64,000 nucleotides of DNA from a virus. Position 1 is the first letter of the stretch, and each line of letters starts with the position of its first letter. The DNA lies in IMG/VR virus record IMGVR_UViG_3300000239_000002, positions 2,761 through 66,760 of that record; one strand, given 5' to 3'. The position numbers and the translations under genes were made by a program. Positions 17,807 to 28,452 of the stretch are shown here, piece by piece. The notes under the pieces are model-generated. The model was not told the origin of the DNA. It made no database searches and saw only the letters and a list, made by a program, of their open reading frames with translations.

Positions 17807-19434
17807 AGTTGTGGTGTAGTTTCTTCTTGATCAGCAGGTATTTCGTGTTTTGCGGCCGCTTGTTCCTTATCAAGTTTTTCCCAATCAGCAAGCTCTTTAA
17901 GTAATGGACCCATTTCTACAACATTACGTATAGCGGTTTCGGCCCAGTTAGTTCTAAATCTGACCAATCTTTCTTTTGTTGTAAACCCTGGTGGGTTACC
18001 ACCAACAGGGGCACCATATATAATAAGTTCGTGCATTTTAGCACCAATTTTACTGTTTATTTTTAAATTATATCCTTTAAGTGCTTTCAGTAAAGGTTCA
18101 CCAAATTGTAATTCGTAATATGCTTTTTTAGCAGATGGACTTAAAATAACCATATAAACGCCTTCTTCTCTTCTAGTGGCATGATAATTTATTGCATCCC
18201 ATAGTTGTTCAATAAATTTTGCTTCTTTTGTTTCATTATCGCCCGCTAACATTGCATTTATTTGAGTTACTGCTTCACTATATGCTTGCCCAATTGGAGA
18301 ATTGGTACCTTTATTAGCACCATAATTATAATTTCTAATTTCAGTAGCACTCATATTTGGACGATTTCCTGAATCTGCAAATTGCCACTTTTGCTTTTTA
18401 TCGTCTGAAAATTGAACTCCTACATGGTTAAAGAATTCTTGTATTTTTTCAAATGAAGCACCACTTACTTGACCAAATTGCTCAACTGTTTGTGCTTTAA
18501 GACTGATTAAGTTCAAATATTTTATTTGTTGTCCACCATAGTAAATTTTCAAATCTACTTTTGTAGATTTTTGATTTGATGCATCTGCTCCATCACTTGC
18601 TACTAGTATTTGTTTTTTTACTTGATCGCTGTATGCATGTTCAATAGCTTGTTTAACTCTAGGAGAAGATAATCCATAAAGTGCCGCATCTAACCACATT
18701 TGATTCAGAACCTTTAGTCTTTCTTTAGCTACACCTAGTTTACTTAATGCGTTTCCTTCTTCTAATACGCCACCTGTCTCCACTAATGCTTTAAATACCA
18801 TACCATCAGCTCTAGGTAAAGATAAGTTAAATTTTAAAGGATCCATTGGTTTTGCATCTGTTTGTATTTCTATTTCTAAGTTTTCATTTTGAATTAGTTT
18901 TTTTGCAAGTTTTTGTGATTCTGATGCTAATTGTTCTTGACTCCAAGTCGGATTACCTTGTTCATCATGTAATTTTGTGCCTTGTTTAAAACAAACAGAC
19001 ATTACACAACCCATAATTGCTTCTGCTACAGATCCTATAGTCCATTTAAGTGACCCAGTAGAATGTTCATCTTTTACTATATTGCTAATATAGATATTTT
19101 GCCACCCACCTTGGTCGTTTTGGGCGGTAAGTGCTTCTTCTCCAGAGTCTGTTTGTACTTCAAGTTTAACTTCAGCTGCTTGTGCTAAATCACCTGAGTC
19201 AAGTATTGCATTTAAGTCTCTTCTAACTCTTTTGGGATTTAGAATTCTGCCGTGTATAATATGCGGAGGAATCTTACCACTCCATTTACCACCACCTATA
19301 TTAAAATTATACGTTTGATTAGCACCAATGCCTTTAATGAGATTTTTAATGTATTGACCATCGTGTTTTTTTACTTCAGACGCCGTCATTGTTTTGACCA
19401 TGTCTGCTTCAATTAAAAATTCATGATACTTCAT
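17803..19434 (-). CDS. late protein with capsid-targeting-like N-terminus and PD-(D/E)xK-like motif
   Basis: MKYHEFLIEA; AEAI...KVDL...ISLK. Confidence 0.5.
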   Translation of the reverse strand: MKYHEFLIEADMVKTMTASEVKKHDGQYIKNLIKGIGANQTYNFNIGGGKWSGKIPPHIIHGRILNPKRVRRDLNAILDSGDLAQAAEVKLEVQTDSGEEALTAQNDQGGWQNIYISNIVKDEHSTGSLKWTIGSVAEAIMGCVMSVCFKQGTKLHDEQGNPTWSQEQLASESQKLAKKLIQNENLEIEIQTDAKPMDPLKFNLSLPRADGMVFKALVETGGVLEEGNALSKLGVAKERLKVLNQMWLDAALYGLSSPRVKQAIEHAYSDQVKKQILVASDGADASNQKSTKVDLKIYYGGQQIKYLNLISLKAQTVEQFGQVSGASFEKIQEFFNHVGVQFSDDKKQKWQFADSGNRPNMSATEIRNYNYGANKGTNSPIGQAYSEAVTQINAMLAGDNETKEAKFIEQLWDAINYHATRREEGVYMVILSPSAKKAYYELQFGEPLLKALKGYNLKINSKIGAKMHELIIYGAPVGGNPPGFTTKERLVRFRTNWAETAIRNVVEMGPLLKELADWEKLDKEQAAAKHEIPADQEETTPQL

Positions 19435-19742
19435 TAATTCTTTGCGCCTTGTTGTGCTTTATTCAATTTATCTTTCAAATCCTTAGCATAGTCTTTACCA
19501 GACTGTTCTAAATTAGGATCTACTTTTCCGGTAGTAATAGTTGTGCCCAATGCTTTGTTAAATTTTGTTTCATCACTTGGTTCTGCTTTATCAGGACCTT
19601 GCTCTGTATTTTGTTCTGCTTTATTCACTAGTTGTTGCCCGGCGTCACGCACTTGTTTATTCAAAGGACTAACAGCCTTAGGACGGTTATGAGAAATCGT
19701 GCCTTGTGGTGTTTCTTCTATAAGAATTTCAGAAATTTTCAT
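19434..19742 (-). CDS. late protein with capsid-targeting-like N-terminus
   Basis: MKISEILIEE; TATAAATA upstream. Confidence 0.55.
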   Translation of the reverse strand: MKISEILIEETPQGTISHNRPKAVSPLNKQVRDAGQQLVNKAEQNTEQGPDKAEPSDETKFNKALGTTITTGKVDPNLEQSGKDYAKDLKDKLNKAQQGAKN

Positions 19743-19765
19743 AATACTACCATATTTGTTTTCTA

Positions 19766-19773
19766 TATTTATA
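19766..19773 (-). promoter_or_regulatory. T4-type late promoter
   Basis: Perfect TATAAATA on minus strand. Confidence 0.75.
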
Positions 19774-19853
19774 CTATCTGTTAGTTAAAAATAGTTTTGC
19801 TATTAAGTCGGAGGGATTGTAAACTAAATATACATAACACAGGAGCGTGATAC

Positions 19854-21794
19854 ATGGTAAGCAAATTACTTAAAGAGTATTCTTCTAACTATCAAAGTAA
19901 AAAAGAGATAGAAATAACATTAGAAGAATATTTAACATTATGTAAGAAAGATCCATTGGCTTATGCTACATCTGCTGAACGCATGTTAGCAGCTATCGGA
20001 GACCCAGAACACGTCGATACTTCAGAAGATTCAAGATTGTCTCGTATATTCTTGAATAGAACATTAAGAGTTTTCCCAGCATTTAAAGATTTTTATGGAT
20101 TAGAAGATACAGTTGAACGAATTGTAGGCTTCTTTAAACACGCCGCGCAAGGATTGGAAGAACGCAAACAAATATTATATTTGCTTGGTCCAGTAGGTGG
20201 CGGCAAGAGTTCTTTAGCAGAACGACTAAAAGAACTAATGGAAACATATCCAATATATGTTCTTAAAGCAGGCGATACAATTAGTCCTGTGTATGAAAGT
20301 CCGTTATCATTATTTGATCCAGAAGTATATGGTGACCAACTTGAAAAAGAATATAAAGTGCCAAAACGTTATCTCACCGGCTTGTTAAGTCCGTGGGCAA
20401 TTAAACGTTTGGACGAATTTGACGGAGATATTACTAAATTTTCCGTAGTTAAATTACAGCCTAGCAAATTAAAGCAAATTGCTGTAGTAAAAACAGAACC
20501 AGGTGATGAAAATAACCAAGATATAAGTGCTCTAGTAGGCAAAACAGACATTCGCCAATTAGAATACTTTTCACAACATGATCCAGATTCATATGCATTT
20601 AGTGGTGCATTGTGTAAGGGCAACCAAGGCCTTATGGAGTTTGTAGAAATGTTTAAAGCACCAATTAAAGTGCTACATCCACTATTAACTGCTACACAAG
20701 AAGGCAACTACATGGGCACAGAAGGTATTAGTGCTATCCCATTTAGTGGCACAATTTTAGCACATAGTAATGAATCAGAATGGACATCATTTAAAAACAA
20801 CAAAAATAACGAAGCGTTTTTAGATCGTGTATATGTTGTTAAAGTTCCTTATTGTTTGCGTATAGATGAGGAAATTAAGATTTATGATAAGATGCTAACA
20901 TCTAGTGGATTAGCAAATCATGCGTGTGCCCCACAAACACTAGATATGTTAGGACAGTTTTCAATTTTAAGCAGATTACTTGAGCATGAAAACAGCAATT
21001 TGTTTTCCAAAATGCAAGTGTATAATGGTAAGAACTTAAAGGATACGGATCCGCAAGCAAAGAGTCTACAGGAGTATAAAGATACTGCTGGAGTAGACGA
21101 AGGCATGTCAGGTTCATCGACACGTTTTGCTTTTAAGATTTTATCTCAGACATTCAACTTTGACACAGCGGAGATAGCCGCTGATCCAGTACATCTAATG
21201 TTTGTATTGGAACAAGCGATAAAACGCGAGCAATTTGGTGAGGAAAAAGAAAAAGCACTCATTTATTATATTAAAGAGTGGCTCTCGCCAAAGTATGCTG
21301 ATTTTATCGGCAATGAAATACAGAAAGCATATTTAGAAAGTTATAGTGATTATGGACAAAACTTGTTTGATCGTTATATTCAATATGCTGACCATTGGAT
21401 ACAAGAGATAGATTTTAAGGATCCTGATACAGGCAACCTCTTTAATCGTGACGTATTAAACGACGAACTAGAGAAAATAGAAAAGCCAGCAGGCATTGCT
21501 AACCCTAAAGACTTCCGTAGTGAAGTAGTCAACTTTGTTCTACGCGCTAAAGCAAAGAACAAAGGTAAAAATCCAAAATGGTCAAGTTACGAGAAACTAC
21601 GTGAAATTATAGAGAAGAAAATGTTTGCGTCTACAGAGGAATTACTTCCAATTATTTCCTTTGGTAATAAGCAAAATAAAGATGATCAACAAAAGCATGA
21701 CGATTTTGTAGAGCGTATGGAGTCAAAAGGCTATACAGAACGTCAAGTGCGCCGCCTCGTGGAGTGGTTTATGCGGACCCAGAAGTCAAGTTAA
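19854..21794 (+). CDS. yeaG: PrkA/YeaG AAA+ serine kinase family protein
   Basis: ILYLLGPVGGGKSSLAERLK, EPGDENNQDIS, EFVEMFKAPIKVLHPLLTATQEG. Confidence 0.95.
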   Translation: MVSKLLKEYSSNYQSKKEIEITLEEYLTLCKKDPLAYATSAERMLAAIGDPEHVDTSEDSRLSRIFLNRTLRVFPAFKDFYGLEDTVERIVGFFKHAAQGLEERKQILYLLGPVGGGKSSLAERLKELMETYPIYVLKAGDTISPVYESPLSLFDPEVYGDQLEKEYKVPKRYLTGLLSPWAIKRLDEFDGDITKFSVVKLQPSKLKQIAVVKTEPGDENNQDISALVGKTDIRQLEYFSQHDPDSYAFSGALCKGNQGLMEFVEMFKAPIKVLHPLLTATQEGNYMGTEGISAIPFSGTILAHSNESEWTSFKNNKNNEAFLDRVYVVKVPYCLRIDEEIKIYDKMLTSSGLANHACAPQTLDMLGQFSILSRLLEHENSNLFSKMQVYNGKNLKDTDPQAKSLQEYKDTAGVDEGMSGSSTRFAFKILSQTFNFDTAEIAADPVHLMFVLEQAIKREQFGEEKEKALIYYIKEWLSPKYADFIGNEIQKAYLESYSDYGQNLFDRYIQYADHWIQEIDFKDPDTGNLFNRDVLNDELEKIEKPAGIANPKDFRSEVVNFVLRAKAKNKGKNPKWSSYEKLREIIEKKMFASTEELLPIISFGNKQNKDDQQKHDDFVERMESKGYTERQVRRLVEWFMRTQKSS

Positions 21795-21821
21795 GTATTA
21801 TAATGCGAGTTAAATACTATC

Positions 21822-22343
21822 ATGCATAAACATCATATTATACCAAAACATATGGGTGGCACTGATGATTCCTCTAATATAGTTAAGCTGTCTGTGGAAG
21901 ATCATTCACTTGCTCATAAAGCACTATATGAACAACACGGCCACTGGGAAGATAAACTTGCTTGGCGGGCGTTATCTGGTATTATTGCTAAAGAAGACGT
22001 TATACTTGAGCTACAACGCGAAGCAGGGCGTAGAGTAAAATCCCCTGAAGAGCGAGCAAAGTTAAGTAAAAGTTTAACGGGCAGAACAGCATCTTTAGAG
22101 CATAGGGCAAATATAAGTAAAGGCTTGAGACTCAAGCATAGCCTACGCCCAACATCTGCTGAAACAAAAGCAAAGATGGTAAAGGCTCATACTGGATATA
22201 AACACACACCCGAAACAAAAGAAAAGCTCAGCCTAATTGCTTCAAAAAGAATACCATCAGAATCAACTAAGAAAAAAATCAGTGAATCAATGAAAGCCTA
22301 TAGAAAATCGCAACGAGATGATTCATGCCCAAGCATATTATAG
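21822..22343 (+). mobile_element. free-standing HNH homing endonuclease with NUMOD3-like repeats
   Basis: HKHHIIPKHMGGTDD..N...L...H..AH; repeats such as HTPETKEKLS; lies between yeaG and yeaH. Confidence 0.85.
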
Positions 22344-23710
22344 ATAGGCGGCAGAATCCTAAAGGTAAAAACTTATCTAATAGACAGAGATTCATAAAAC
22401 GCTCTAAAAAGCATCTTAAAGAGAGCATGGATGAAGCCATGAAGACTCGTTCTGTAAAGGATTTAAAGTCTGGCAGCCGTGTTCGTGTGCCTTCCAAAAG
22501 TATTAAAGAGCCACAGTTTAATTATGATCCTAAATCAGGACAGAAAGATTATATACTGCCAGGTAATCAAGAATACTTACAAGGTGATAAAATACGTAAA
22601 CCATCCTCTGGGCAAGGCGGTAGCGGCGGCCAAGAAGGATCTGATGATGCGTATGGGGAAGACGATTTTGTTTTTTCTATTAGTAGAGATGAATTTCTAG
22701 ACATATTATTTGAGGATTTGGAACTACCAAACCTCAAAGAAAAGAAAAAGAAAAGTATAGAGGAGTTTACTACTCGTCGTTCTGGCTATGTTAATGAGGG
22801 TTCTCCTAATAATTTAAATCTTGAGCAAAGTATGATACGCAGTATTGGTAGACGTATTGCTCTTAAAAAACCTAAAGGAAAACGTATAAAGGAACTTGAA
22901 AAACGATTAGAAGAACTTATAGAGGAAAGAAAACCGCTTGTTGCTATTATAGAGAAGTATTCTTTTAATAAACAGGCAAGATGTAAAGAAGCATCTTTAT
23001 TAAAAGAAATTGATGATGAGATTGTAGAGATAGAGGCAGAGATTAAAAAAATAAGAGCACGTTATAATGCTATCTCTTTTATTGACCCAATTGACTTAAA
23101 ATTTAATAACTTTACTAAAGTTCCAAATCCTAAAAATGCCGCTGTTATGTTTTGTATATTGGATGTATCAATATCGATGCAAGAGCGTGAGAAAGATTTA
23201 GCAAAACGCTTCTTTATTTTATTACACTTGTTTCTTAGTATGAAGTATGATTTAGTAGAAGTAGTGTTTATACGACACCACACAACTGCTAAAGAATGCA
23301 CAGAGGAAGAATTTTTTACTAGTAAAGAAAGTGGCGGTACTGTAGTATCTACTGCACTAGATTTAGCATATGATATTATTAGAAAGAGATATGATTTGGA
23401 ATATTGGAATGTTTATGTAAGTCAAGCAAGTGATGGTGATAACTTTACTACTGATAATCAGCAAGTACATAATACTATGGAAACTAAATTATTACCATTA
23501 GTTCAGTTTTTTGCGTATGTTAGTATTGTAACACATCAACACCAAGTCAATAATGATATAGGTTTATCTGTAGGAAGTGGTTTAGAAAAAATATATAAAG
23601 TATTAATGGATGCTTTTGAGTATGTGCAAATACGTAGAGTGTATGAACCAAAAGATATATATCCTGTGTTTAGAAAATTCTTTGCGCCGAAAGGAGAAAA
23701 TGATGAGTAA
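22325..23710 (+). CDS. yeaH: YeaH/YhbH (DUF444, vWA) protein
   Basis: IIDRRQNPKGKN..NRQRF, MFCILDVSISM, ESGGTVVS, QASDGDN. Confidence 0.95.
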   Translation: MPKHIIDRRQNPKGKNLSNRQRFIKRSKKHLKESMDEAMKTRSVKDLKSGSRVRVPSKSIKEPQFNYDPKSGQKDYILPGNQEYLQGDKIRKPSSGQGGSGGQEGSDDAYGEDDFVFSISRDEFLDILFEDLELPNLKEKKKKSIEEFTTRRSGYVNEGSPNNLNLEQSMIRSIGRRIALKKPKGKRIKELEKRLEELIEERKPLVAIIEKYSFNKQARCKEASLLKEIDDEIVEIEAEIKKIRARYNAISFIDPIDLKFNNFTKVPNPKNAAVMFCILDVSISMQEREKDLAKRFFILLHLFLSMKYDLVEVVFIRHHTTAKECTEEEFFTSKESGGTVVSTALDLAYDIIRKRYDLEYWNVYVSQASDGDNFTTDNQQVHNTMETKLLPLVQFFAYVSIVTHQHQVNNDIGLSVGSGLEKIYKVLMDAFEYVQIRRVYEPKDIYPVFRKFFAPKGENDE

Positions 23711-25346
23711 ACCTTTATATGAACCAAAAAGTGACTGGAGTTTTGATCTTATTTCTAAAATATATGATGCGTGTGAAGAAATAGCAATTAATGAACTTGG
23801 TTGTGATTGTTATATTAACCAATTAGAAGTAGTAACATTTGAACAAATGTTAGATGCTTATGCTAGTATTGGTATGCCGTTATCTTATAATCACTGGAGT
23901 AATGGTAAAGCATGGGCACATTATGAGAACCAATATAGAAAAGGTAGAACAAGTTTAGCATATGAGTTGGTTATTAATAGTAATCCTTGTATTAATTATT
24001 TGATGGAAGAAAACTCGATGACTACACAAACGTTAGTCATTGCACATGCCGCGTTTGGACATAATCATTTCTTTAAGAATAATTATTTGTTTAAAACATG
24101 GACAAGTGCTGACAGTATTATTGACTATCTATTATTTGCTAAAAATTATATACAAAAGTGTGAGGAAAAGTATGGACTTGATGAAGTAGAACTTTTCTTA
24201 GATTCCCTACATGCAATACGCAATTACGGAATAAACAAATATAAACGTCCTGACAAATTAAATGTCACCGTAGAAGCAGAGAAAGCACAAGAACGAGCAA
24301 CATATTTACGTAAACAAGTAAATGAACTATGGGATACTACAGTTATTCCAAATAAAAAAAATACAGAAGAAAAAGAACAAAGAGTTAGTATGGCAAAGCC
24401 GGAAGAAAATATAATTTACTTTTTAGAAAAACATGCTCCTAATTTAACTGATTGGCAACGCGAATTATGCCGCATAGTGCGTAAAATTGCTCAATATTTT
24501 TATCCACAAGGGCAAACAAAAGTAATGAACGAGGGATTTGCTTGTTTTGTGCATTATTACTCAATGAATAGATTGCATGAGAAAGGATTAATTACTGATG
24601 CGGCAATGTTTGAGTTTTTAAGATTACATACTAATGTATTAAATCAACCAACATTTGATAAAAAATGGTATAATGGTATGAATCCTTATTCACTAGGTTT
24701 TGCTATGTTTATGGATATTAAACGTATGTGCGAACATCCGACAGCAGAAGATAAGGAATGGTTTCCTGATATTGCTGGTGGTGATTGGAAAGAAATTATT
24801 TTAGATGCTGTTGCTAATTACAGAGATGAAAGTTTTATACTGCAATTTCTATCACCTAAAGTAATTAGAGATTTTAGATTATTCCAACTCGGGGATAACA
24901 AGTCAGATCCACATTATAAGGTTAAAGCAATTCATAATGATAAAGGATATAAAAGTATACGCAAAGAGATGGCACGTCAGTATGATTATAATTATCGTAT
25001 ACCTGATATACAAGTTGTTGATTATGATCATGATGAGAAGCGTTCATTACTATTGCATCATTATAAAGGACCAAGTCAAAGAGAGTTGTCAAAGGACACA
25101 ACAATTGAAGTATTAAATTATATTGCTTACATTTGGGGTTATGAGATACAATTAGATGTATATAGTAAGCAAGAAAAATTTATTGATGGTGAGTCAGTAG
25201 GTGATCCATTTCAGAAAGTAAATGGATATAAATCTACTTCTACTGACGGGACATCGCCACCACCAGAAAAAGTTCCTGCAAAGAATTTTGGTTACTGGGG
25301 AATGTGTTTAACATCAGACAACTCTGAAACCATTGACAAATCATAA
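23700..25346 (+). CDS. ycgB: SpoVR/YcgB family protein
   Basis: GMPLSYNHWS, LAYELVINSNPCI, AHAAFGHNHFFKNN, QTKVMNEG; SD AAGGAG before 23700. Confidence 0.95.
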   Translation: MMSKPLYEPKSDWSFDLISKIYDACEEIAINELGCDCYINQLEVVTFEQMLDAYASIGMPLSYNHWSNGKAWAHYENQYRKGRTSLAYELVINSNPCINYLMEENSMTTQTLVIAHAAFGHNHFFKNNYLFKTWTSADSIIDYLLFAKNYIQKCEEKYGLDEVELFLDSLHAIRNYGINKYKRPDKLNVTVEAEKAQERATYLRKQVNELWDTTVIPNKKNTEEKEQRVSMAKPEENIIYFLEKHAPNLTDWQRELCRIVRKIAQYFYPQGQTKVMNEGFACFVHYYSMNRLHEKGLITDAAMFEFLRLHTNVLNQPTFDKKWYNGMNPYSLGFAMFMDIKRMCEHPTAEDKEWFPDIAGGDWKEIILDAVANYRDESFILQFLSPKVIRDFRLFQLGDNKSDPHYKVKAIHNDKGYKSIRKEMARQYDYNYRIPDIQVVDYDHDEKRSLLLHHYKGPSQRELSKDTTIEVLNYIAYIWGYEIQLDVYSKQEKFIDGESVGDPFQKVNGYKSTSTDGTSPPPEKVPAKNFGYWGMCLTSDNSETIDKS

Positions 25347-25379
25347 ATTATATAGTAGAATTAACGTTAACTATAAATA
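25333..25379 (+). promoter_or_regulatory. tandem sigma70 and late promoters for EF-G
   Basis: TTGACA-17-TAGAAT (25333-25361) and TATAAATA (25372-25379). Confidence 0.7.
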
Positions 25380-25404
25380 GTTAAACCTTTCGTGGAGCAG
25401 AAAC

Positions 25405-27504
25405 TTGTCTTTAAACAATTATAGAAACATTGGTATCTTCGCACATGTGGACGCGGGTAAAACTACGACTACTGAGAGGATCCTTAAGCTCACAGGAAAG
25501 ATACACAAAATTGGTGAGGTACATGATGGCGCCGCAACCACAGACTTTATGGAGCAAGAGCAAGAGCGAGGCATTACAATACAAAGTGCCGCGACTACTT
25601 GCTACTGGAAAGACCACCAATTAAACATCATCGACACCCCTGGGCATGTAGACTTCACTATTGAAGTCTATCGTTCCCTTAAGGTGTTGGATGGTGGCGT
25701 TGGTGTATTTTGTGCAAGCGGTGGCGTAGAGCCACAATCCGAAACTAACTGGCGTTATGCTAACGACAGCGAAGTAGCACGTATTATATACATTAACAAG
25801 ATGGATAGAGTAGGTGCTGATTTTAATCGTGTTGTAGCACAAATAAGAACACGACTTGGTGCGAAGCCGTTAATTATGACATATCCAATTGGAGCGGAAG
25901 ATAAATTCGTAGGTGTAGTTGATATACTTACTCAAAAGGCTTGGATATGGTCAGATTCTACTGACCCAACTTCTTACACTATAACTGACATCCCAGATGA
26001 TAAAGTACCTAGTGAGAAAATAGGTGACAAGTATACATATAAAGAAATGGCAAAACAACATTATGATATATTAGTTGAGACAGTTGTTGAGCAAGACGAT
26101 GAAGTTATGATGCAATGGATAGATGATCCAGATAGCATTAGTGAAGAAGATCTTAAAATGTGTATACGTAAAGGTACTAATACTTGTGAGTTCTTTCCAA
26201 CGTATTGCGGCAGTTCATTTAAAAACAAAGGCGTACAAAACATATTAAATGCTATTGTAGATTATTTGCCCAATCCTACCGAAGTTGACCCACAACCAAT
26301 AGTAGATGACACTGGTGTAGAAACAGGTGAAGTTGCTACGGTAGATGCAGAAGGGCCGTTGCGGGCACTTGCATTTAAGATTATGGAAGACAAATATGGC
26401 GCACTAACATTTACACGCATTTATTCAGGCAACATGAAGAAAGGTGACTCCATATACAATAGTACAAATGGTAAAACAGAACGTGTTGGGCGTATATTGG
26501 AAATGCATGCCGACTCGCGTGAGGAATTGGACAGTGCATCAGCAGGTGACATTGTTGCATTGCTTGGTATGAAGTCTGTACAAACAGGCCATACATTGTG
26601 TGATAAAAAGAACCAAGCAATACTTGAACCAATGGTATTCCCAGATCCAGTTATTAGCATAGCAATTGAACCAAAGACACAAAGTGATATGGACAAGTTA
26701 GGAACTGCTATTGGTAAAATGGTAGCAGAGGATCCTTCCTTCCATGTAGAGACAGACCAAGAAACTGGCCAAACAATACTTAAAGGCATGGGCGAGTTGC
26801 ATTTAGATGTTAAGTGCGATATACTAAAACGCACATACGGTGTGGAAGTAAGCATAGGTAAACCACAAGTAGCATATAGGGAAACAATTACTAAAACAGT
26901 CAGTGATAGGTATACCCATAAAAAGCAAACAGGTGGTGCAGGCCAGTTTGCTGATATTGAATATACTGTAGAACCTCTTGAAGCAGGAGAGGGATTCCAA
27001 TTTGAAAGCAAGGTAGTTGGCGGCAATGTTCCAAGAGAGTTTTGGACTTCTATAGAGAAGGGATTTGCAGGCTCCAGTGCAGATGGTATACTTGCAAGTT
27101 ACCCAGTGCTTGATTACAAAGTAACATTAACAGATGGTTCCAGTCACGCAGTAGATAGTAGTGCTGTGGCATTTGAGCTGGCGGCTCGCGGAGCATTTAG
27201 ACAAACAATGCCCAAAGCAGGTCCGAAGTTATTAGAGCCAATTATGAAACTAGACGTTACTTGCCCCGGAGACAAAGTAGGTGATGTTATAGGTGATATA
27301 AATAGGCGTAGAGGCATGATACACAATCAAGAAATGGCTGGCACAACGGTTCGTATATACGCAGAAGCACCAATTGGTGAAATGTTTGGGTATATAGGAG
27401 ACTTACGCAGTCAAACAAGTGGTCGTGGTCAATTTAGTATGGAATTTAGTCATTATGCGCCGTGTCCTAATAGCATTACTGAGGTTATCTTAAAGAAAAC
27501 TTAA
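25405..27504 (+). CDS. fusA: elongation factor G
   Basis: [54 protein letters not shown]; TTG start with SD GGAG. Confidence 0.97.
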   Translation: MSLNNYRNIGIFAHVDAGKTTTTERILKLTGKIHKIGEVHDGAATTDFMEQEQERGITIQSAATTCYWKDHQLNIIDTPGHVDFTIEVYRSLKVLDGGVGVFCASGGVEPQSETNWRYANDSEVARIIYINKMDRVGADFNRVVAQIRTRLGAKPLIMTYPIGAEDKFVGVVDILTQKAWIWSDSTDPTSYTITDIPDDKVPSEKIGDKYTYKEMAKQHYDILVETVVEQDDEVMMQWIDDPDSISEEDLKMCIRKGTNTCEFFPTYCGSSFKNKGVQNILNAIVDYLPNPTEVDPQPIVDDTGVETGEVATVDAEGPLRALAFKIMEDKYGALTFTRIYSGNMKKGDSIYNSTNGKTERVGRILEMHADSREELDSASAGDIVALLGMKSVQTGHTLCDKKNQAILEPMVFPDPVISIAIEPKTQSDMDKLGTAIGKMVAEDPSFHVETDQETGQTILKGMGELHLDVKCDILKRTYGVEVSIGKPQVAYRETITKTVSDRYTHKKQTGGAGQFADIEYTVEPLEAGEGFQFESKVVGGNVPREFWTSIEKGFAGSSADGILASYPVLDYKVTLTDGSSHAVDSSAVAFELAARGAFRQTMPKAGPKLLEPIMKLDVTCPGDKVGDVIGDINRRRGMIHNQEMAGTTVRIYAEAPIGEMFGYIGDLRSQTSGRGQFSMEFSHYAPCPNSITEVILKKT

Positions 27505-27563
27505 AACACCATATATCTCCCTCTTAAATCACTCTAAATATAGTGATGAAATGGAGGATTTAT

Positions 27564-27767
27564 ATGATTCATTGTAAATCGTTGATTAAGACTATAAGTT
27601 GGAGATGTATCGCTACTACAGATACATTTCTTATTGCCTGGTTAATTACTGGAGAGTATACTTTCGCAGGCGCAATAGCAGGACTAGAAGTATGTACTAA
27701 AATGGTACTCTATTACCTCCACGAGAGAGGATGGGCTAGAATCAAGTTAGCGAAAAATGGAACATAG
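27564..27767 (+). CDS. DUF2061-like membrane protein
   Basis: SLIKTISWR, YYLHERGW; SD GGAGG. Confidence 0.8.
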   Translation: MIHCKSLIKTISWRCIATTDTFLIAWLITGEYTFAGAIAGLEVCTKMVLYYLHERGWARIKLAKNGT

Positions 27768-28359
27768 AACCTGTCACAGACGAGGATACGAACTTTTGAC
27801 TCCCAACATTTGGGAATTATATGATGGAATGGAGTCAAAAGGTTTCGTAAAAAATTTTAAAAATGACGAATCGGTTCCACCGAAGTATAAAGTTGTTGGG
27901 CATCCTGATTTAGATAGAACGGTACTGCCTAAAGGTAGCGTTATACAAATGCACACTATAGAGGACGAGTTCCCACTAGGCCTAGAAGGTCCTGAAGTAC
28001 ATGAGATATTGGATACCAAAGAAGAAACAATTCAAACCTTATATGAAAAAATACAAACATTGCGCGACGAATGTGGCGAAATGGATATACAAATAAAACA
28101 ATTACAACATGAACTAAAACATAAAAAGCCAGGTGGTTCCATACGATGGAAGCTTACTTATACTTGGTGTGATAATGTAACAGAAGTATATTGGGATTTT
28201 AGAACTAAGAAACAAGCTGTAGCATATATGGAAGACAACATAAAAGGTTTCTTCGGCATTAAGGTAGTTGAATCAATTAAGGATGTAAAATATGACAAAT
28301 ACATATATGGAACACGTGGAGTAAAACAAGATGAAACTAGCATTACACAAAAGAAGTAA
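27757..28359 (+). CDS. hypothetical protein
   Basis: 200-aa coupled ORF with central coiled coil. Confidence 0.6.
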   Translation: MEHRTCHRRGYELLTPNIWELYDGMESKGFVKNFKNDESVPPKYKVVGHPDLDRTVLPKGSVIQMHTIEDEFPLGLEGPEVHEILDTKEETIQTLYEKIQTLRDECGEMDIQIKQLQHELKHKKPGGSIRWKLTYTWCDNVTEVYWDFRTKKQAVAYMEDNIKGFFGIKVVESIKDVKYDKYIYGTRGVKQDETSITQKK

Positions 28360-28444
28360 ATATTTTGCTGTTACTAGGCGAAATAAACGTCGTGGTAAGA
28401 ATCGCCTTAAGACTAAAAGTCGTAACAGTAGATCTACTACATAA
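28331..28444 (+). CDS. very basic 37-aa peptide (not in ORF track)
   Basis: MKLALHKRSKYFAVTRRNKRRGKNRLKTKSRNSRSTT; GGAG upstream; fills the gap before the next promoter. Confidence 0.45.
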   Translation: MKLALHKRSKYFAVTRRNKRRGKNRLKTKSRNSRSTT

Positions 28445-28452
28445 ATATTTTA

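Noticed and set aside
21795-22343. Group I intron carrying the HNH gene
   Set aside because: Both flanking genes are complete and there is no room for an intron core.
25411-27326. Antisense ORFs within fusA, and similar ones in yeaG, ligase, prs and the amidinotransferase
   Set aside because: Codon-bias shadows of well-supported genes.
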